DNA from: Bacteroidales bacterium | Lineage (GTDB): Bacteria; Bacteroidota; Bacteroidia; Bacteroidales; F082 | Assembly: GCA_017645275.1 (NCBI GenBank) | Contig: JAGCPH010000037.1 | Location: forward strand, 29,783 to 93,782 | Length of the DNA stretch: 64,000 nucleotides | Reading direction: 5' to 3' | Shown here: positions 27,425 through 32,842 of the stretch, piece after piece | Layout: every line of letters starts with the position of its first letter | Position numbering within the stretch: position 1 is the stretch's first letter | Position numbers and translations under genes: made by a program | The notes under the pieces: generated by a model | Told to the model about the DNA's origin: nothing | Databases searched by the model: none | Seen by the model: only the letters and a program-made list of their open reading frames with translations

Positions 27425-27736
27425 TTATTCAGTTATGCTTTCAATGCGGATTTTGCTGAGATCCTGACGGTGGCCGTTGAGGGTCTGATAGCCTTTTCTG
27501 CGTTTTTTCTTGAAAACAAGAACTTTGTCTGCTCTGAGATGCTGGATAATCTTGGCATCTACTTTAGCACCTTCGAGGACGGGGGTGCCAACCCTTGTGT
27601 TGCCGTCATTGTCGATCAACAACACCTTGTCGAAGCTGATAGCGCTGTCGACATCGCCGTTCAAGCGGTTGCAGAAGATTTCGTCTCCCTTGCTCACTTT
27701 GAACTGCTGCCCTGCTATTTCAACGATTGCGTACAT
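27425..27736 (-). CDS. rplU: 50S ribosomal protein L21
   Basis: MYAIVEIAGQQFKVSKGDEI...KKRRKGYQTLNGHRQ. Confidence 0.97.
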   Translation of the reverse strand: MYAIVEIAGQQFKVSKGDEIFCNRLNGDVDSAISFDKVLLIDNDGNTRVGTPVLEGAKVDAKIIQHLRADKVLVFKKKRRKGYQTLNGHRQDLSKIRIESITE

Positions 27737-27774
27737 TAATTTGTATTTAATATTTTTTCAAATTTTTCGGACTG

Positions 27775-27782
27775 CAAAAATA
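27775..27782 (-). promoter_or_regulatory. -7 box TAttTTTG (minus strand) for rplU-rpmA
   Basis: Forward caaaaata, 39 nt upstream of the rplU ATG. T7-G-A6 tract at 27807-27820. Confidence 0.6.
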
Positions 27783-27827
27783 CAACTTTTATTAATACGC
27801 CCGACATTTTTTTGAAAAAATTAATTT

Positions 27828-28661
27828 TCATCTCAAAACGATGCGGAATCCCACAGTGGCGTTGCGTCCGTTGTGTTCAATTTCACGGCCGTGGTAAGCT
27901 GATGTGCAGGTGTAGGATTCGCTGTCGTAGCAGCCGCCGCAGCCCACAATAACTTCGCCCGACTCGGGACCGGTATAGTCGAGACCCTGTTCGGCAGGGA
28001 GGTCGGCCAGTTCAGCATACCAGTCGTTGCAGTATTCCCAGACGTTACCGCTCAGGTCGTAGATGCCGAGCTCGTTGGGCTGCTTAGAAGCCACGAAATG
28101 GGAGGCTTGTCCGGCGTTGTCGGTATACCATGCCACATCGCTTATCGTGTTTGAACCAGCGTAGGTGTATCCCTGCGACTTGCGTCCTCCGTTGGCGGCA
28201 TAGTGCCATTCAGCTTCAGTGGCGAGGGCAAAATGCATACCGGCGGGCAGCTGGTCGGCGCACATCGTGTTCAACCTGTCGAGGAAGCCGCCTTCCTTGA
28301 CGATGTCGTAGTAGTTCAGATTGCTGACGGGGTATGAGTCGCCATTGTTCGATTGTCCTTCGGGTTTCCAGCCCATAACATCGTACCAAAGCTTGTTGGT
28401 CACCTCGACGGGACAAATGTAGAAATCGGATAGCGTTCCTGTGACGGTCATCTCTTGGTCATCGTAAATATATTCCATCGAGTAATCGCCGCCTTTCACC
28501 TTTTACATTATAAACTCTTCAGAAGAATTGTTTACTTTAAAGGTGAGCGTCTCTGCAACCCACTGGTTGTTGTTAGTTGGAGTTTCCTTCTTGCAGCCGG
28601 TAAAGGTAATTGCGCTGAAAACGATTGTGGCGGCAATCGCCCATGATAAAAGAGTTTTCAT
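27828..28661 (-). pseudogene. FGE/SUMF1-like lipoprotein gene interrupted by one in-frame TAA
   Basis: The two ORFs 28503-28691 and 27828-28499 are in the same frame. Together they read MKTLLSWAIAATIVFSAITFTGCKK...SSEEFIM-TAA(28503-28505)-KVKGGDYSMEY...VEVTNKLWYDVMGW...ATEAEWHYAANGG...GIYDLSGNVWEY...VGFRIVLR. Confidence 0.8.
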
Positions 28662-28688
28662 TGTGATAAAATTTTTGACAAATCTGTG

Positions 28689-28696
28689 CAAAGATA
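28689..28696 (-). promoter_or_regulatory. -7 box TAtcTTTG (minus strand), promoter-module copy R1
   Basis: Forward caaagata, 28 nt upstream of the ATG at 28661. Part of the conserved ~55-nt module at 28683-28740. Confidence 0.6.
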
Positions 28697-28743
28697 CAAT
28701 TTTTAATCACGCAGCCAGTTTTTTGAAAAAATTAAATTTATAA

Positions 28744-28815
28744 AGCGGCGACCTTAATGGCGTAATGCCATTAATGCCGTTAAAGCCCTTAAGGCAGCCG
28801 CTGAAGGTGGTTTAA
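28744..28815. repeat. family B hairpin cluster
   Basis: agcggcgaccttaatggcgtaatgccattaatgccgttaaagcccttaaggcagccgctgaaggtggtttaa. Confidence 0.75.
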
Positions 28816-29000
28816 TAATATTGTAAACTATACAGTATTTATAAAAATCACATTATTTGAATTCTTCTGGATGCTCCAGCTGATAGAGTATCTTCTTAAC
28901 TTCATCACCCTTTTGAGCAAAATCCAGATCGCTCATTTTTTCGCACTTTTTGTTAAAAATTTTTAACACTTTTCTGCTTGACTGATAAGGATTTTTGGTA

Positions 29001-29008
29001 TATTTTTG
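29001..29008 (+). promoter_or_regulatory. -7 box TAttTTTG (plus strand)
   Basis: tatttttg, 48 nt upstream of the ATG at 29056. Confidence 0.5.
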
Positions 29009-29055
29009 CAGCCAAGAATTCAAAGCATTTTTTGAAATCTTTTAATTTTAAAACT

Positions 29056-29586
29056 ATGGAAGGAAAAAACGAACATCTATTCATTGTAAAAGCCAATAAG
29101 AATCATGGATTTGCATCTTTCTCAGAGGCTAGAAAATGGGCTAAAGAAAACATAATCGGCGATATACAACAACCAATCATAGGAGTTGTTAATATTAGCG
29201 GAAAGGCTATTGAAAAATTTTTGAGCGAAAAGGCTGTAGATAAAAGTACTACCAAAGATGCACACTTGTCTGCATTAAAGGTGTTACCTAACATCATTGA
29301 GAATTCTCTGATTGGAGAAATACACTATGATAGAGACAACAATCCAAACATTCGTGATATAGTTCGCCTTTATGGATATGTTATTATCGGAGATGACAAC
29401 TATCGGGTAAAAACTACAATAAAACGATATAACGACAAAAACTTAAAATCAAAGGCATACAGTTATGAAGTAACAAAAATCGAACTGTTAGAAGGCTTTA
29501 GTGCAACAACGCATACACATAGTGCTGACTTTGTTCCCACATCTAACAATTCGATTTCCAACCGCAAAGATACAACAAATTTTTGA
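29056..29586 (+). CDS. orphan 176-aa protein resembling a domain found in phage or conjugative-element polyvalent proteins (PBECR/LPD-like)
   Basis: MEGKNEHLFIVKANKNHGF...ISGKAIEKFLSEKAVDKSTTKDAHLSALKVLPNIIENSLIGEIHYDRD...YRVKTTIKRYND...KAYSYEVTKIE. Pattern recalled from polyvalent-protein modules. The last 8 codons lie in promoter-module copy R2. Confidence 0.45.
   Translation: MEGKNEHLFIVKANKNHGFASFSEARKWAKENIIGDIQQPIIGVVNISGKAIEKFLSEKAVDKSTTKDAHLSALKVLPNIIENSLIGEIHYDRDNNPNIRDIVRLYGYVIIGDDNYRVKTTIKRYNDKNLKSKAYSYEVTKIELLEGFSATTHTHSADFVPTSNNSISNRKDTTNF
29565..29572 (-). promoter_or_regulatory. -7 box TAtcTTTG (minus strand), promoter-module copy R2, with no downstream minus-strand gene
   Basis: Forward caaagata inside the conserved module 29563-29620. 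It points antisense into the 3' end of ORF 29056-29586. Confidence 0.45.
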
Positions 29587-29619
29587 ACGCGCAGCCAGTT
29601 TTTTGAAAAAATTTTTCGA

Positions 29620-29720
29620 CGGTTTATTATTATTCTGCTCCGCTTGCCTCTTCATTTCGAAGACGCACGTCCGTACGTCTCTACATTTCGCGGCTTGCTT
29701 CGCTTCATTATAATAAACCG
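29620..29720. repeat. long inverted repeat enclosing degenerate family A/E sequence; likely bidirectional terminator region
   Basis: Arm cggtttattat (29620-29630) pairs with ataataaaccg (29710-29720), followed by T8 on the plus strand. The interior contains cgaagacgcacgtccgtacgtctctac. Confidence 0.5.
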
Positions 29721-29760
29721 TTTTTTTTAGCTTAGTATGATGGACTTCGTCGTAGTAAAA

Positions 29761-31965
29761 CTAAGGGACAAGCACGAGGCGGAAACCGTAGTAGTAGTAC
29801 CTGAAGTCTGGAATGCTGGCGCGCCGATTCGAAACCCGACAGCCCCTCGCGTAGTCGCTCCAGCAACCGCCACGAAGCACGCGGTCCGAGCCCGAAGACG
29901 GTCCCTGCTGGTTGGTCTGGCTACTGCTGCTGTAGTTGCCGTACCAGTCCTGGCACCACTCCCAAACGTTTCCGCTCATGTCATAGATGCCGAGCTCGTT
30001 TGGCGTTTTCGCCCCAACTGGATGCGTCTTGCTTCCGCTATTGCCATCGTACCACGCCACATTGTCAATGCTGTTGCTTCCGCTGTATTTGTATCCGTTG
30101 CTCTTGTTGCCACCTCTTGCCGCGTATTCCCATTCGGCTTCTGTAGGAAGTCGGAAGTTTGCACCTGTTTTCTGGTTGAGTTTTCTAACAAACTCTTGAC
30201 ATTCATTCCAACTAATGTAATACATCGGGTAATTGTTTCCTTCTCCCCTCAAAGACCACGATTTGTCTGCCTGGTCGCGCTGTTGGCTAACTGTTGTGCC
30301 CATAACAGCATACCAGAGCTCTTGTGTAACTTCAAACTTTCCGATATAATAGTCGCCTAATGTCACGCTGTGCGAAGGCTTTTCGTCATCATCACAATCG
30401 CCGCCTTGCTCCAATGTACAGCCCATGGTAAATGTGCCGCCTTTTACGGCTATCATTTCAAAGGTAACGCCGTTTACAGTGAAGGTTTTGTTTTCTAATC
30501 TGAACGTCAGCTTAACCGAAGTGTCACCTCCACTCTGCGCCACTGTTATGGTTTTCTTGCTCTCTTTGCTGTCGCGCACGGCTTTCACTTCGTGGTTTCC
30601 GAAGCTTAAAGTCGAAGTTAATGGGCTTGTACCAATGTAGTTACCATCAACATATATCTTGTCGCCAGTGCCGTCGGTGGATATGGAGATTTCTCGTCCT
30701 GTCGCCAGTTTCTCATTTATAGTCAATTTGTTTTTGTCATCAAGAGTGATGTTTTTAACAACTGGGGAGCATCCCGTTTTTTCGAGTCGCAGCTCATGAG
30801 TTCCTATCAAAACATTAGTCAACACTCGCGGGGTGGTACCGAAACTCTTGCCGTCGATAATGATATTGGCGCCGATAGGGTTTGTCGAGACATCCAATGT
30901 GCCATATATTGGCGTAGGATTAGGTATCACTATGTTCTCGTCCTTGCCGAGGGTGAGTTTGATATTTTCCACCGAGTTGCGATGCGATGCCTTGCGAGCA
31001 TCGAAGGCATGATTGCCGTCGCTCAACCGTCCGCTCCAAGTGCCTTTGCCTTTAAACTCATTGTCAATGTAAATATCTGATTCCGAATCGGTTGTGACAG
31101 TCACATTCACAAAATTGGCTAACATTGTCATAGCAGCTTGGGTTGTGTTGCCATCAGTTATTGTGAAAGTCTGTTCGGCAGGAGAAAACATCTCTTTCAT
31201 AACCCTAACTTTATGTTCGCCGCTTGCCAATTTGTCGGTTTTATAAGGTGTTTGGCCAGCTTTTTTGCCATCGATATACACTATGGCGCCACTTTCAGGG
31301 CTGCTCGTCACGTTCAGATAGCCGAATGCAGGCTTCAGTGTCTTTTCAATCGTTATATTTTGGCCTTCTTTTTCAGGAATTGTGGCTTCACCGCTCTCGG
31401 TATGGTAAAGCTCGCATTCGATGCGCCATGTGTGCTTCTCACCAGCCATAAACGACTTCTGGGCAAACTGTTCACCAGCAAAAACATCGTCTATATATAC
31501 TGCGGAGTTTGGTTGGTCGGCGGTTATCACAAGATAGTTATATACATCGACTACTGGCACCATTCCGGTCTTATTCACAAGCGTCATCTCATATCCTTTC
31601 TTAGGTTGCAAATCGAAAGGTATTGTAAATTCAATAGAGCTGAAGTCTGGATGTGAAATCTTAAGATAATAGGCATATTTTGCTGTGAGATATACCCACA
31701 CTTCGCCTGTTTTATACTCAAGCATTATTCCGACAGCCAGATTGCTCTCGAAACGCAAATCACGACGTTGTTTATCGGTGATGTTTTCGGTTCTAACCTT
31801 AATCACCGCAAACGGCAAGTCGTTGTCATCATTCTGATAATTCTGGTCAGGATTGATATTCACGAAGCCTGGCACTTCCTTGAAAGAGCCTTTCTTCACC
31901 TCCAACTGAGCCCACATCGGGATTGACAAAAACAAAACAACTACCAGTGGTATAAATCGCCTCAT
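29761..31965 (-). CDS. secreted modular protein P4: shared N-module, ~5 PEGA repeats, FGE/SUMF1-like C-terminal domain
   Basis: Signal peptide MRRFIPLVVVLFLSIPMWAQ and the N-module LEVKKGSFKEVPGFVNI..PFAVIKVRTENITDKQRR..GEVWVYL..LKISHPD..GYEMTLVN. PEGA repeats such as YGTLDVSTNPIGANIIIDGKSFGTTP. C-terminus FEMIAVKGGTFTMG..IGKFEVTQELWYAVMG..FRLPTEAEWEYAARGG..GIYDMSGNVWEW..RVLRGGCW..GFRLVL. Confidence 0.8.
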   Translation of the reverse strand: MRRFIPLVVVLFLSIPMWAQLEVKKGSFKEVPGFVNINPDQNYQNDDNDLPFAVIKVRTENITDKQRRDLRFESNLAVGIMLEYKTGEVWVYLTAKYAYYLKISHPDFSSIEFTIPFDLQPKKGYEMTLVNKTGMVPVVDVYNYLVITADQPNSAVYIDDVFAGEQFAQKSFMAGEKHTWRIECELYHTESGEATIPEKEGQNITIEKTLKPAFGYLNVTSSPESGAIVYIDGKKAGQTPYKTDKLASGEHKVRVMKEMFSPAEQTFTITDGNTTQAAMTMLANFVNVTVTTDSESDIYIDNEFKGKGTWSGRLSDGNHAFDARKASHRNSVENIKLTLGKDENIVIPNPTPIYGTLDVSTNPIGANIIIDGKSFGTTPRVLTNVLIGTHELRLEKTGCSPVVKNITLDDKNKLTINEKLATGREISISTDGTGDKIYVDGNYIGTSPLTSTLSFGNHEVKAVRDSKESKKTITVAQSGGDTSVKLTFRLENKTFTVNGVTFEMIAVKGGTFTMGCTLEQGGDCDDDEKPSHSVTLGDYYIGKFEVTQELWYAVMGTTVSQQRDQADKSWSLRGEGNNYPMYYISWNECQEFVRKLNQKTGANFRLPTEAEWEYAARGGNKSNGYKYSGSNSIDNVAWYDGNSGSKTHPVGAKTPNELGIYDMSGNVWEWCQDWYGNYSSSSQTNQQGPSSGSDRVLRGGCWSDYARGCRVSNRRASIPDFRYYYYGFRLVLVP

Positions 31966-31990
31966 AAAGCTAGTATTTCAATTGAAGGTA

Positions 31991-31998
31991 CAAAATTA
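31991..31998 (-). promoter_or_regulatory. -7 box TAatTTTG (minus strand) for P4
   Basis: Forward caaaatta, 26 nt upstream of the ATG at 31965. Confidence 0.5.
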
Positions 31999-32040
31999 TA
32001 GATAATTTGGAAGAAAACAAAATTTTTTGATAAAAATTAT

Positions 32041-32048
32041 TATTTTTG
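32041..32048 (+). promoter_or_regulatory. -7 box TAttTTTG (plus strand)
   Basis: tatttttg, ~110 nt upstream of the ATG at 32159. Confidence 0.4.
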
Positions 32049-32158
32049 CATCTGATTTTGGATTAAAACCCTTCCTGAGCATTTGTAAAACATATTTACC
32101 CAAAAGGAATCGCCCGATTGCCTACTGGAATTTTATTGATTTTATAAATTTTGAAATT

Positions 32159-32590
32159 ATGGTAAAACAAAGTAAAAATAAAGTTAAACTTAACAAGAAA
32201 TACAAGGCTATAGGACGCATTCCGATAGCGGCATTAAGAAAAATCCAGGAAGTGATGGAGCTGCCTGATAATGTTCGAATTATCAGGGCTAATATCACAA
32301 ACACCATCAAACATAATCTGAGACACATGGCAGATATGGATAAGCAATTGTCATTACTTGGTCTAACAAAAGAAGACTATGCTGAATTTGTTGCACGAAA
32401 TTACAATGAGATTCATATAGGGAACAAACCATATTCATTGATACTAGCTGTAACTCACATGGATGATCACGATCATATTGCTGCAGTTCACCTGAATTAC
32501 AATAAAAGCGAAAATTTTTGGCTTGTCACCACTGTTCATTCTATAAAGCCTCATGATTTACAGAAGATTCCATTGATTTGGAAGAAATAA
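32159..32590 (+). CDS. orphan 143-aa protein resembling PBECR-type (phage Barnase-EndoU-ColicinE5/D-RelE-like) nuclease domains
   Basis: MVKQSKNKVKLNKKYKAIGRIPIAALRKIQEVMELPDNVRIIRANITNTIKHNLRHMAD...YSLILAV...IAAVHLNYNKSENFWLVTTVHS. Layout recalled from polyvalent-protein nuclease modules and not verified. Confidence 0.4.
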   Translation: MVKQSKNKVKLNKKYKAIGRIPIAALRKIQEVMELPDNVRIIRANITNTIKHNLRHMADMDKQLSLLGLTKEDYAEFVARNYNEIHIGNKPYSLILAVTHMDDHDHIAAVHLNYNKSENFWLVTTVHSIKPHDLQKIPLIWKK

Positions 32591-32616
32591 AAAAGGAGGC
32601 CGAAACCTCCTTTTAT
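32591..32616. terminator. bidirectional rho-independent terminator
   Basis: aaaaggagg-ccgaaa-cctcctttt hairpin flanked by A-runs and T-runs on both strands. Confidence 0.75.
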
Positions 32617-32712
32617 ATCGTAGTTGCCCAAGTTACGAGACCGCTTGCTCGGCCTGCCTGTTAGCTACCCAACACACAGTAATGCAAGATGTGAGGGCCT
32701 GGGCGAAATCAG
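32591..32712 (-). ncRNA. candidate ~120-nt structured small RNA (unclassified)
   Basis: A consensus promoter module (-7 box at 32719-32726) points into a GC-rich non-coding stretch ending at the terminator 32591-32616. A long-range helix GCCCAGG (32698-32704) pairs with CUUGGGC (32626-32632) and encloses two hairpins. Confidence 0.45.
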
Positions 32713-32718
32713 ACACTG

Positions 32719-32726
32719 CAAAGATA
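32719..32726 (-). promoter_or_regulatory. -7 box TAtcTTTG (minus strand), promoter-module copy R3
   Basis: Forward caaagata inside the module 32713-32768, which is highly similar to 29563-29620 and 28683-28740. Confidence 0.55.
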
Positions 32727-32814
32727 CAACAAATTTTTTAACGTGCAGCCAAATTTTTTAAAAAAATATGAAGAATATTTTTCGTATTTTCGTGTTTTTA
32801 GATGTAAAAAATAT

Positions 32815-32822
32815 TATTTTTG
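32815..32822 (+). promoter_or_regulatory. -7 box TAttTTTG (plus strand) for purL
   Basis: tatttttg, 21 nt upstream of the ATG at 32843. Confidence 0.55.
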
Positions 32823-32842
32823 CACTCGAAAAAATTAACACC

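Noticed and set aside
28503-28505. The in-frame TAA could be a recoded sense codon or programmed readthrough.
   Set aside because: TAA is used as a normal stop by many clearly complete genes in the window. No recoding signal is evident. A nonsense mutation or base-call error is simpler.
28853-28936. There is a 27-codon minus-strand ORF (MSDLDFAQKGDEVKKILYQLEHPEEFK) in the spacer between R1 and ORF 29056-29586.
   Set aside because: It is too short to assess, has no recognisable -7 box upstream and has no motif. It could be a fragment of a degraded gene.
27828-29900. The C-terminal lectin-fold/FGE-like tails could be variable regions of a diversity-generating retroelement, because this fold is the classic DGR target. 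Examples are IPDFRYYYYGFR in P4 and CYDSESYTCTSAYHGREIEHNGRNATVGFR in the disrupted gene.
   Set aside because: No reverse transcriptase (no YxDD-type ORF), no Avd-like gene and no template-repeat-like second copy of either 3' region is visible in this window. The two tails are not similar at DNA level. Tyr-rich tails also occur in non-DGR SUMF1-like proteins. A genome-wide search for an RT plus a ~100-nt near-repeat differing only at A positions would settle it.
32591-32712. The candidate sRNA could be SRP (4.5S) RNA, 6S RNA, tmRNA or RNase P RNA.
   Set aside because: The length is wrong for 6S, tmRNA and RNase P. The conserved SRP domain IV sequence (GGAA tetraloop with flanking AGCA-type symmetric loop) is absent. 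It is left unclassified.
19656-32770. The whole P-gene region could be a prophage, ICE or polysaccharide utilisation locus.
   Set aside because: There are no integrase, transposase, conjugation or capsid/tail genes and no SusC/SusD pair. tRNA-Phe is 29 kb away and is not adjacent to the region.
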